A stretch of 64,000 bases of DNA from Torpedo marmorata (lineage: Eukaryota): contig OZ360241.1 in the NCBI GenBank assembly GCA_977017645.1, positions 34,472,001-34,536,000 on the forward strand, read 5' to 3'. Position numbers and translations under genes: made by a program. Under the pieces are notes generated by a model, which saw only the letters and a program-made list of their open reading frames with translations, did no database searches and was not told the origin of the DNA. This document shows positions 1-12,300 of this stretch, piece after piece (the stretch's first letter is position 1; each line of letters begins with the position of its first letter).

Positions 1-154
1 TTCAGTGTTCAGTAGCACACAGCGCATCATTCAAAAGGTAGCTTGAAGTAATCATGGCCTTTGACACGAAATTGGATAGAGAGATCAATGAGATTTCTGT
101 ATAAACACTCACTATCTTCAAATTAATTGTAACCTGACACTTTCTCAGTTCCAG

Positions 155-313
155 AAACAACTGAAGCATCAAGAAGTGTCGGTGAGACCACTGTTGCAAC
201 TACGACTACAGCACACACCACAACTGCAGCAGAAACCTCAACTACAGGCAGTACGAGTGTTTCAACACCTGAAACTACATCTGCTCCAATAATGACACCA
301 ACTGCAAGCAATG
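155..313 (+). CDS. PTS mucin exon (159 bp, phase 1-1)
   Basis: ccag|AAACAACT...AATG|gtgagt; [24 protein letters not shown]... Confidence 0.85.
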
Positions 314-3300
314 GTGAGTAATCTTGAAGGAGGAAAAGATATAAATTCAGTTAATTTCATGTCCAATGAATCTGAAATTATTCGGATACAATCACCGAAC
401 ATGCAATTTGCTGATTTCTCAACCAGATTCTCACCAGTATTCACTGCAAAAGTAATGTTCCAGTATCCATTGTTAATAAAGTTACTCAGCATCGTTCAAA
501 ATGTATTTTCATTAAATAATCGTCTTCCAAGATGAAATTGCATTGATAAATCAATGCAAATTTTGCAAAAGCACTTATTATCTTAAAACTCACTGTAAAC
601 TGACACTTTCACACTTGCAGAAACAACTGAAGCATCAACAAGTACAGAGGCAACCCTTGTTGCAACTACGGCAAAAACACTCTCCACAACTGCAGCAGAA
701 ACCTCAACTGCAGGCAGTACGAGTGCTTTGACATCTGAAATTACATCTGCTCCAACAATGACGACAACTGCAACCACTGGTGAGCATTCTTGAAAGTGGA
801 AAAATAAATAAATTCAATTCATTTCATATCCAATAAATCTGACATAATTAAAATGCAATCAACCAACAAACAATTAGCTGATTCTCCAACAAAAATAGCA
901 CTGCAATTCGCAGCAAGAATTGGGCAGTATTCCGTGTTCAGTGCATCATTCAAAAAGTATCTTGAAGTAATCATGGCCTTGTGACATGAAATTGGATTGA
1001 TAGATCAATGCGATTTCTGTAGAAAAACTCACTTTCTTTAAACTAAATGTAACCTGACACCATCACAATTCCAGAAACAACTAAAGTATCAACAAGTTCA
1101 GAGGCAACTACTGTTGCAACCACGACAACTGCAGTGAGTACAACTGCAGCAGAATCCTCAACTGCAGGCAGTACGAGTGCTTCGACATCTGAAACTTCAT
1201 CTACTCCAACAATGACAACAACTGCAAGCACTGGTGAGTATGCTTGAAAGAGGAAAAGATGTAAATTAAATTCATTTCATGTCCAATAAATCTGAAAAGA
1301 TTGAGATGTGATCCCCCAACAAGCAATTAGCTGATTTTCCAACTAAATTTGCATCAGAATTCACAGAAAGAAAAATGTTCCAGTATCCAATGTTCATAAG
1401 GTTAATCAGCATAATTCAAAATGTATTTTCATGACTGTTGTGTTTGGAAAGTATCAGGTTCGGTGGGTTCACAGAGAGACGAGTCTGGACAAAAGTGTTA
1501 CAATCAAAGGTAACTTTATTGAACACATGGGATACAAACAGGGGAAGACGTCATACAAAACTTAATTTCTCTGCTACTAAATAACTACCGTATATAGACA
1601 TTCACATCGTACACATGTTGGACTCCGATACCAGTGGCCGTCTATCTTCCACACAATACGAGACAAAAACTGTAAAGGTACAAGCAGGCACATGAGCCAC
1701 AAGGGAATCCGATACCAGTGGCTGCTTACCCTACCACACTCTCCTGCATGTGTACACACTTTACAGACAGGCACTTTCAAACACATTCCGGATTCCCTGT
1801 ACCAACGGGGGTGGGGCTCTCTGAAAGCACTGATCTATTGCAGTACCACGGCTCAACTCAGTGTAGTGCACACCTTACCCGCGACTCCTCCAGCAATGTC
1901 CACAGAGGCAAACTGGCGTGGAGCGATGTTCGTGACTTGGAGGAAGAGGTAGAGAGAAAGAAATCGCAGGCATTTAAGTCCGGAGATCCAGATCAGTACA
2001 GCAGGAGCAGGTATGAACTGTGCAAAGTTATCTCCTGGGCGAAGTGGAGATTCCGGATGAAAATGGAAACAACAAGGGACAGCCGACAGCTGTGGCAAGG
2101 CCTAAATGCCATAACATGTTACAAAACCAAATCCGGTAAAGTACGCCTTCTACGCCCGATTTGACGACAGTAATAACGAAGAACCACCCCTCCGCACCCC
2201 CACGTCGCCTGACGTCCCCTGACGATCCCATCCTGTCCGTATCTGAGGATGACGTGCGTGCTGCCTTCAGGAGAGTGAATCCGGATGGAGAACCTGGCCA
2301 AGTATTAAAGATCTGTGCTGATCAACTTACCAAGGTATTCACGGATATCTTCAATATCTCACTCCAGCAGGGCGTGGTACTCACCTGTTTCAAACAGGCA
2401 TCAGTCATAGAAGAGTGCAGTAACCTGCCTTAATGACTAGTGACCAGTAGCACTTACATCAACAGTGATGATGTGTTTTGAAAGGCTGGTGATGAAGCAT
2501 ATCAGCTGCTATCTGAGCGGTGACATGGATTCATTCCAGTTCGCCTATCGTAGAAACGGGTCTACGGTGGATGCGATCTCACTGGCTTTACACGAAGCCC
2601 TGGAACACCTGGACAGCAAAGAGGCAAACATCAGGATGCCCTTTATCGACTACAGTTCGGCATTTAATACCATTATCCCCTCAAAACTGATCAGCAAACT
2701 CCAAGACCAAGGAGTTAACACATTACTCTGTAATTGAATCATGGATTTCCTCACCTCCAGACCACAATCAGTGAAGATTGGTAAGAACTTCTCCTCCACA
2801 ATCTCCATCAGTACCGGAGCACCACAGGGCTGTGTTCTTAGCCCCCTGCTCTACTCACTTTACACCAACGACTGTGTGGCTCAGTATGACAATAACACCA
2901 TCTACAAATTTGCCGACGATACCACGGTAGTGGGTTGTATAAAGAAAGGTGATGAGTCAGCATTCAGGATGGAGATTGAAAACTTGGCTGAATGATGCAC
3001 CAACAACAACCTTGCACTCAATGTCACCAAAACCAAGGAGCTGATTGTTGACTTCAGGAAAGGAAAGCCAGAGGTATACAATCCAGTGATCATTGGGGGA
3101 TCAGAGGTGGAGAGGGTGAACAAATTTAGGTTCTTGGGAGTCACTATCTCGGAGGATCTTTCCTGGACCCAACTCACCAATGCCATCGTGAAGAAAGCAC
3201 GTCAGTGCCTCTACTTCCTCAGGAGTTTGCAGAGGTTTGGTATGACACCAGAAACTCTGGCAAATTTCTACAGAGGTGTGGTGGAAAGTGTGCTGACCGG

Positions 3301-6300
3301 CTGCATCACGGTCTGGAATGGGAACACCAATACCCCTGAGCGTAAATCCCTCCAAAAGGTAGTGGACACAGCCCAGGACATCACAGGCAAAGCCCTTCCC
3401 ACTATTGAGTACATCTACAGGGAACGCTGCCATCGGAGGGCAGCAGCAATCATCAAAGACCCACACCACCCAGCACACGCTCTGTTCTCGCTGTTGCCAT
3501 CAGTAAAGAGGTATAGGTGCCACAAGACTCGCACCACCAGGTTCAGGAACAGCTGCTACCCCGCCACCATCAGAATTCTCAATGAAAAAGTCCATCAGAA
3601 GGCCCTTTTATAGTGCAAAAAAAGTGATTGTAAAGACAGAACATTTCTGTCTTTTAGTCGCTTCACTTACCTCCATAAAAGGTCCGATGGCGGATTGGCC
3701 AGTCGAACTCCGATCCGCCTAGGGTGGTACACACAGAGGTGGAGAGAATCTCTCCACCTCCTCCATAAAACGAAAGCCGCTGAAAGCGGCTGCAAAGGGG
3801 AGGGCTGATGACGTCGCGATGATGCTGTCAGCCCATGACCCAGGAGCGTGAATTTTTAAAAACCTGTAGAGCTAATTACGCTGCGCAGGAGATCTGCCTG
3901 AGTCCTAAGACTGCCTGCACAGATCTCCACCAGCGCTCTTACCTGCTCTTCGGTCGCCATTTTCGGGTATTGGATGCTTTCCTTTCTCGGCGCATAAGTT
4001 TGACGTCATGGTGGTGGGCAGCACTACTGCACCACTCGCCCCGCCTCCCTCAGATCGAGAAGCCGGCTCTCGACACAGCTCAGCATAAAGGTGATGATGG
4101 AAACGCCATATAGGTCGTCACCATAAAAAGTAATTTCACCTTTTTATTTTTTTCCTTGAGCCAGCTTTAATGTGGGTTGCACCATAAAAAGGGTTAAAGA
4201 CTAATTTAAGGACTCTTACTTGTGCACTTTATTGATTTTTTTTTTGTTCTCTCTGTATTGCACAGTCAGTTTGTTTACATTCGTTATCTGTTTACAGTTC
4301 TTTTATTTGTTGACATATTTACGCTGTGAACAGTTTATTTTTTGCACTACAATTAGAGGTAATTCTGCTGCGCCCGCAGGAAAAAGGAATCTCAGGGTTG
4401 TATGTAATGTCATGTATGTACTCTGACAATAAATCTGAAATCTGAAATGTGGCACGCATCAATACTTATTCTGTTCTGAGCTCGGTGTCTGGCCAATGAT
4501 GACGCTGAATCATTTAAATGAGCCAATGGCAATGTGTGCACTCATGGGTAGCCGGAGTCCAACCTTGATTGGCAGGTGATGTGACTTCGGAATAGGTTTC
4601 AGACAGGGAGGTCACGTGATCCTCCACAATCCACAATGTTCCAGTCAGGGAGGCCACGCGTTCCCCACAATCCACATATAACAATGACATAATCGTCTTC
4701 CAACATGAAATTGAATTTATAAATCAATGCCAATTCTGAAAAAGCACTCACTATCTTCAAACTTACTGTCACCTGACACCTTCACACTTGCAGAAACAAC
4801 TGAAACATCAACAAGTACAGAGGCAACTCCTGTTGCAACTACGACAACTGCACTGACCACAACTGCAACAGAAACCTCAACTGTAGGCAGTACAAGTGCT
4901 TCAACATCTGAAACTACATCTGTTTCAACAATGACAACAACTGCCACCACTGGTGAGCATTCTTGAAAGAGCAACAAGCTATGAATTCAATTAATTTCAT
5001 GTACATTGTATCTGAAATAATTAAGATGCAATCTCACAACAAGCAATTAGTTGATTCTCCAACTAAAATTGCACAGCAATTCACAGCAAGAATATTCCTG
5101 TGTCCAATGTTCAGTAAGAAAATTAAATCTGAAATAATTAAGATGCAATCACCTAACAAGAAATTAGCTGATTTTTCGACCAAAATCACACCAGATTTCA
5201 CCGAAAGAATAATCTTCCAGTAGCTATTGTTCATGAGGTCAGACAGTGTCATTCAAAATGTATTTTCATGAAATAAACATGTTCGAACATGAAATTGCAT
5301 TGATAGATCAATGCAATGTCGGCAAAAACACACACTACCTTCAAACTTACTGTAACCTGACAGCTTCCCACTTCCAAAAACAAATATTCCTGTGTCGAAT
5401 GTTCAGTCGGATACTCAGTATCATTCAAAAAGTAGCTTGAAGAAATCATGGTCTCATGACATAAAATTGCATTGAGAGGTCAATATGATGTCTGCATCAA
5501 CACTTACAATCTTCAAATTAACTGTAACCTGACACCTTCACATTTCCAGAAACAACTGAAGCATCAACAAGTACAGAGGCGACCACTGTTGCAACTACAA
5601 CTGCAGTGACCACAACTGCAGCAGAAACCTCAACTGCAGGCAGTACGAGTGCTTCAACACCTGAAACTACATCTGCTCCAACAATGACAACTGCAACCAC
5701 TGGTGAGTATTCTTGAAAGTCGAAAAAGAAATAAATTCAATTCATTCATGTCCAATAGATCTGAAATAATTAAAATGCAAACAACCAACAAACAATTAGC
5801 TGAATCTCCAACAAAAATTGCACTACAATTCAAAGCAGGAATATGCCAGTATTCATTGATCTGTAGGATACTGAGCATCATTCAAAAAGTAGCTTGAAGA
5901 AATCATGGTCTTATGACAAGATATTAGATTGATCAGTGTGATTTCTGCATAAACACTCATTATGTTCAAACTAACTCTAACCGGACACCTTCACACTTCC
6001 AGAAACAACGGAAGCATCAACAAGTGCAGAGGCGACCACTGTTACAACCATGACAACAGCACACACCACAACTGCAGCAGAAACCTTAACTACAGGCAGT
6101 ACGAGTGCTTCAATGCCTGAAACTACATCTGCTCCAACAACGACACCAACTGCAAACACTGGTGAGTATTCTTGAAAGAGGAAAAAATATAAATTCAGTT
6201 CATTTCATGTCCAATAAATCTGAAATCATTCGGATATAATCATGCAACAAGCAATTTGCTGATTTTCCCGCCAAATACGCAGCAGAATTCATAGAAAGAA

Positions 6301-9300
6301 TAAAGTTCCAGGAAACATTGTTCATAAGTTTACTCAGCATCGTTCAAAACGTATCTTCATGACATATTAAAATCAATAAAATATTTTAAAAAGAAAAGAA
6401 AGAAAGAAAGAATGTGGAAAAGGAAATAAATTCAATTCATTTCATTTCCAGTAAATCTGAAATAATTAAAATGCAATCAACCAACAAACAATTAGCTGAT
6501 TCTGCAACAAAAATTGCACTGCAATTCGCAGCAAGAACAATTCATTTCATGTGCAATAAATCTGAAATAATTAAGATGCAATCTGCTCCAACAACAAGTG
6601 AAACTGCAACTACTGGAGAGTAATCTTGAAAGAGGAACAACATATAAATTAAATTCACTTCATGTACGTTAAATCTGAAATAATTAAGATGCAATCACAT
6701 AACAAGCAATTAGCTGATTTTCCCACCAAAATCACACCAGGTGTCCCCAAAAGTATAATCTTCCAGTACCCATTGTTCATGAGGTGACACAGCATCATTC
6801 AAAATATATTTTCATGAAATAATTGTCTTCCAACATGAAATTGCATTGATAGATCAATGCCATTTATGCAAAAACACTCCTATCTTCAAACTAACTCTCA
6901 GCTGAAACATTCACACTTCCAGAAGCAACTGAAGCATCAACAAGTACAGAGGCAACCACTGTTGCAACTATGACACCTACACTGACCACAAGTGCAGCAG
7001 AAACCACAAATGCAGGCAGTACGAGCGCTTCGACACCTGAAACTGCATCTGCTCCAACAAATCAAACCGCAACCACTGATGAGTATTCTTGAAAGAGGAA
7101 CAAGATATAAATTCAATTAAATCTGAAATAATTAAGATGCAATCACCTTACAAGCAATTAGCTGATTTTCTCACCAAAATCGCAACAGATTTCACAGAAA
7201 GAATAATCATCCAGTGTCCATTGTTCATGAGGTTATACAGCATTATTCAAAATGTATTTTTATGAAATAATCGTCTTCCAACATGAAATTGTACTGATAT
7301 ATCAATACCATTTCTGCAAAAATACTCACGATCTTCAAACTTACTGTAACATGACACTTTCACACTTCCAAAAACAACTGAAGCATCAACAAGTGCAGAG
7401 ACGGCCACCTTGGCAACTACGACAGCTGCACTGAAAACATTAGCAGCGGAAACCACAATTGCAGGCAGTACCAGTGCTTTGACACCTGAAACTACATCTG
7501 CTCCAATGACACCTGCAACCTCTGGTGAGTATTCTGGAAAGAGTGATGAGATCTAAATACAGTTCATTTCATGTCCAATAAATATGAAATTATTTGGATG
7601 CAAAAATTCACAGGGAATTAGGATATTTTTCTACATAACTTGCACTGCATTTGATCATGAAAATCATTTTGCAGTATCTGCTGTTCTAAAAGACACTCAG
7701 ATCATTCTAAAAGTATTTTAAAAATTGTCGTCTTTCACTATGAAATTGCCACATGCACATCAATGCATTTTCTGCATTTATTCTTCCAATTGTTACACTT
7801 CTTTCAACATGACATCTCCACTGTTCTCAAAACAACTGAAGCATCAACAAGTGCAGAAGCAATCTCCATTGCAACTACCACATCAGGTCCAACATCAACA
7901 ACAGCTGAAACAACAACGATAAGAATCACTAATGCTTCAACACTTGAAACTACACCTGCTTCTGTGACAACACCAGGTACAACCATCGGTGAGTATTCTG
8001 TAATGTAATTTTTAATTTTAATTTTTAATTCAGACATACAGCACGGTAACAAGCCATTTCGGCCCACGAGTCCGTGCCGCCCAATTTACACCCAATTGAC
8101 CTACACCCCTGGTACGTTTCGAACGGTGGAAGGAAACCGGAGCCCCTGGGGAAAACCCACGCAGACACGGGGAGAACGTACCAACTCCTTACAGACTCCG
8201 CGGGATTCGAACCCCGGTCCCGATCGCTGGCACTGTAAAGGCCTTGCGCTAACCGCTACCCAACCGTGCCACCAAAATATCAGAACAATTCAGTTCATGG
8301 TCAATGAATCTGAAATAATTAAAATGCAAAATCTAATATCCAGTATAGCTGACAAAGTCTAATATCCAGTATAGCTGACAAAGTCTTAAAAATATCTATC
8401 CAATACCTCTCCAACATAGGGCATGCCCAAAACATATGAGTTAGAGAAGCCACTTCTGATTTACATCTATCACAAATAGGTATAACGTTAGAAAAACTAT
8501 GGGCCAATTTGTCTTTCGACATATGAGCCCGATGTACCACTTTAAACTGAATCAAAGAATGATGAGCACATATTGAAGAGGTATTAACCAATCCAAAAAT
8601 ATTCTCCCATGATTCCTCTGGAAGATGTAACTGAAGTTCATGTTCCCAGGCCCTTTTAATTTTGTCATTAGAACTTGATTGCAATCTTAATAACTATTAC
8701 CTATTAAGCCCTTATGAGAAGGATTCAAATGAAAAAAAATATCAATCAAATCCGGTTGGTACAATGTTGGAAAGTTAGGCAGTAAACTATTCAGAAAATT
8801 TCTAATTTGGAAGTATCTAAAAAAATGTGACTTAGGTATATTATATTTATTGGATAATTGTTGAAAAGACATTAAGCTACCATCTATAAACAAATCTGAA
8901 AAAGAAACGATTCTTTAATTTAATCTTCCAAAAAGAGAAGGCTTGATGGTTGAAAAAAATAATTAAGAGAAATGGTACTAGATAAAATAAAAATTTTCAA
9001 GTCAAAGAACTTCCAAAATTGAAACCAAATCCGTAATGTATGTTTAAGTATTGGGTTGAAGGTATGCCTACTAATCTTGGAAAGTGTAAAAGGAAGAGCT
9101 GCTCCCAATAAAGAGGCTACTGAATACCTCTGCACGGAATTCAATTCCAAATCTACCCAATAAGTGCGTTCAAATTTATCAGAATAGTAGATCCAGAAAA
9201 TAATATAGCGGATGTTAACTGCCCAATAATAGAGTCTAAGATTAGGTAAAGCCATACCACCATCTTTCTTTAATTTCTACGGATGGAATTTACTCAATCT

Positions 9301-12300
9301 GGCATTCTTTTTATTCTAAATATAAGAAGATATTTTAGAGTCAATATTATCAAAAAAGGATTTTGGAATAAAAACTGGAACTGCTTGAAATAAATACAAA
9401 AATTTAGGTAAGATTATCATCTTAATGGCATTAATACGACCTATTAAAGATAAAGCCAATGGAGACCATTTAGAAAGAGATTGTTTCACATAATCTATCA
9501 AAGGAAGAAAGTTAAATTTATATAGATCTTTAAATGTTTTGGTAATTTTAACCCCAGGATAGGTAAAACGATCTTTAACCACTCTAAAAGGTATGTGATT
9601 ATAAACAGGTACATGCATGTTTATTGGGAATAACTCGCTCTTATAAAGATTCAATTTACATCCAGAGAAACTACCAAATTGGGAAAGCAAAGACAACATT
9701 GGAGGAATAGATTTCTCAGGATCTGAAATATATACTAAAAGATCATCTGCATATAAAGATACTTTGTGAATTCCATCTCTATTAATTCCCCGAATATCAC
9801 TAAAATCCCAAAGTGCTATTGCTAGGGGTTCCAAAGCTAAATTAAACAATAAAGGGCTAAGAGGACAACCCTGTCTAGTTCCACGAAATAACCTAAAAAG
9901 TGAAGATTTTTGATTATTCATAATTACAGCAGTGGCTGGAGCTTGATAAATCGTTAATCCAAGAGATAAAACCAGGGCTGAAATTAAATATTTTCAAAAC
10001 TTCAGACAGATATTTCCATTCCACTCTATCAAAAGCCTTTTCTGCATCTAACGACACTACACATTCTGCAGTTTTAAGCGATGGGGAATAAATTATATTC
10101 ATTAATCTACAGATATTGAAATGTGAATATCGATTCTTTATAAATCCTGTTTGGTCTATAAAGATAATCTGAGGAAGAATATTTTCCAATCTATTAGCTA
10201 AAATCTTGGAAAGAATTTTAGAATCAACATTCAATAACAATATTGGTCTATAGGAAGCGCAATCAGAAGGGTCTTTATCCTTTTTAGGAATTAAGGAAAT
10301 TGGCGCTTCATAAAATGTCCGTGGCAAGGTTCTAAAAAGATTAGAATCACTAAATACCTTATAAAGTTGGGGGGTAAGTATATTAGCAAAACATTTTAAA
10401 AAACTCAATGATATAATCATCCGGGCCTGGCGCTTTGCCAGACTGAAGGGAGGAAATTGCTTTAAAAATTTCCATCTCTGAAATTGGAGCTTCCAATAAA
10501 AGTTGATCATTAGGAGAAATTTTAAGGATATTCAACCGTTGCAGGAATCTATCCATAGAGACAGAATTGTCGGGAAACTTAGATTTATATAAATCAGAAT
10601 AGAATTCCTGAAATGTCTTATTAATTTCAACATGATCAAACACAATGCTACCATCTTATTTTACGAATTTTAGTAATCTGACTTTTGGCCATAGCTGAAT
10701 TTAATTGACTAGCTAACAATTTACCTGATTTATCCCCATGTACATAAAACGGACTTTTAAGTTTAAGGAGTTGGCTTTCAATAGGGTATGTTAAAAGTAA
10801 ATCATGTTGCATTTGAAGTTCTACCCTTTCCTTATAAAGATCAGGATTTGGCATCCTTGAATATACTCTATCAATTTCTTTAATCCTATTATTCAGTAGT
10901 AATAGTACGTTTTCTTTACCCAGCGGAATAAGAAATTATTTGTCTCCAAAGGTATGCCTTAAACGTATCCCAGACAGTTAAACTCGACATTTCCTCAGTT
11001 AAATTCGTTAAGAAAAAATAAGAGATTTGCTCCTTAATAAAGTCAACAAAGTTTTCATCTTGAAGTAAGCTCGAATTAAACTGCCACTGCTGGGCTCCAG
11101 AAGTGACATCAGAGAGAGTAGAAGAGAGTTTCAAAGGCGCATGATCAGAAACAGCAATTGCGCCGTAGGCACAATCCGTTACCGAGGGAACTAATTGATT
11201 ATCAACAAAGAAATAATCAATCCTAGAATATTGATGATAAACATGTGAAAATAAAGAAAACTCTTTATCATTAGGGTGTAAAAAATGGCATATATCAACA
11301 AGTCCATAATCTAACAAAAAAGAATTGATAAGCATTTGCATATCTTCCAACAAAACTTGCACTGAATGTTTTTGCAAAAACAATTTTCTGGTTTCTCCTG
11401 TTCATAAAGATACTCAGCAAAATGTAAAGGAATGGTTGACTAATGGAAGGCAGGGTATCCTGTGTGCCACTCTGATCTCCTTACTTGAGAAAGGATGGAC
11501 AGGTAGACCCCTACTTACGATAGGGTTCGGTTCCGCGACTTGCATCGTAAGGTGAAATTATCGTAAGTCGGGGTCTTCCTGTACAGGTAGATTTTAGAGC
11601 CGCTCCTGCCGGGAGGCCGACCCGACGTCCCCGCTCCCGGCGACAGCGGGGACGTCGGCCTCACAGCGGCAGCGGGGAAGTCGGCCTCCCAGCAGCAGCG
11701 GGGACGTCGGCCTCACGGCGGCAGCGGGGACGTCGGCCTTCCGGCAGAAGCGGGGACATCGGCCTCCCAGTGGCAGCGAGGATGTCGGCCTCACGGCGGC
11801 AGCGGGGACGTCAGCCTCACGGCGGCAGCAGGGACGTCGGCCTTCCCGGCAGCAGCAGGAGGCCGATGTCCCCGCTCCTGCCGGGAGCCCGACATGGTGC
11901 CTGGTAACTAGGGGCAGCGGCGTCACTTCGCAATCTACATTGTGATTTGGAAGGCATGCGCAGATTGCCATTGCTCTCTCTCCCTCTTCAATCTCTCTCC
12001 CTCCCCAGCGAGGGCAATCTGCGCATGTGTTTCAAATCACCTTTTTTTTTTAAATGGCGTTGGGTCTGACAAAGCACATTTCCTTGACGTCACTACAAGA
12101 GGAGCACCAAAATGATGACGTTTAGGGGGGTGGTGGCAGTGGGAAGCGATCTGCGTGCACTGATTGGACGGAAACTCAACCACGTTGATACAAATGGAGC
12201 CCAACTTACCTTTATTCAAAACAGATTCTGATCATCGTAGCTTTGAAATATCGTGTCGGAACATCGTAAGTCTGGGTCTATCTGTTTCGGCTTTGGGGAC

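Larger units (their letters stand above)
1436..4683 (-). mobile_element. Solo-LTR-like element (~750 bp) interrupted by a LINE
   Basis: TGTT...AACA termini, 5-bp TSD ATGAC (1431-1435, 4684-4688), minus-strand AATAAA near 1515-1520, TATATA near 1590, CCAAT and CACGTG boxes at 4490-4620; host intron resumes after the TSD. Confidence 0.75.
1..8330 (+). repeat. Tandem exon+intron array, ~460-bp monomer with alternating intron types (~920-bp dimer)
   Basis: Repeated ttccag|AAACAACTGAAGCATCAAC...ACTG|gtgag blocks with homologous ~300-bp introns; exon starts 155, 621, 1075. Confidence 0.9.

Noticed and set aside
1718-3613. Reverse transcriptase as a functional or domesticated gene
   Set aside because: Multiple stops and frameshifts, 5' truncation and a typical LINE tail
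1-8000. Regularly spaced repeats resembling a CRISPR array
   Set aside because: Units are ~460-bp exon+intron duplicates with no unique spacers or cas genes, in eukaryotic context
123-8067. Minus-strand Val/Ala-rich ORFs ([14 protein letters not shown]...)
   Set aside because: Antisense shadows of ACN/GCA-rich Thr exons; splice signals support the + strand only
8200-8273. tRNA gene
   Set aside because: tRNA-like A/B boxes are the head of a SINE that continues into a V-domain and LINE-like tail
8319-11383. Active L1 ORF2
   Set aside because: Broken into at least 8 ORFs, no ORF1, both ends missing
11594-11971. Ala/Arg/Pro repeat ORF
   Set aside because: Translation of the GC-rich minisatellite inside a TIR element
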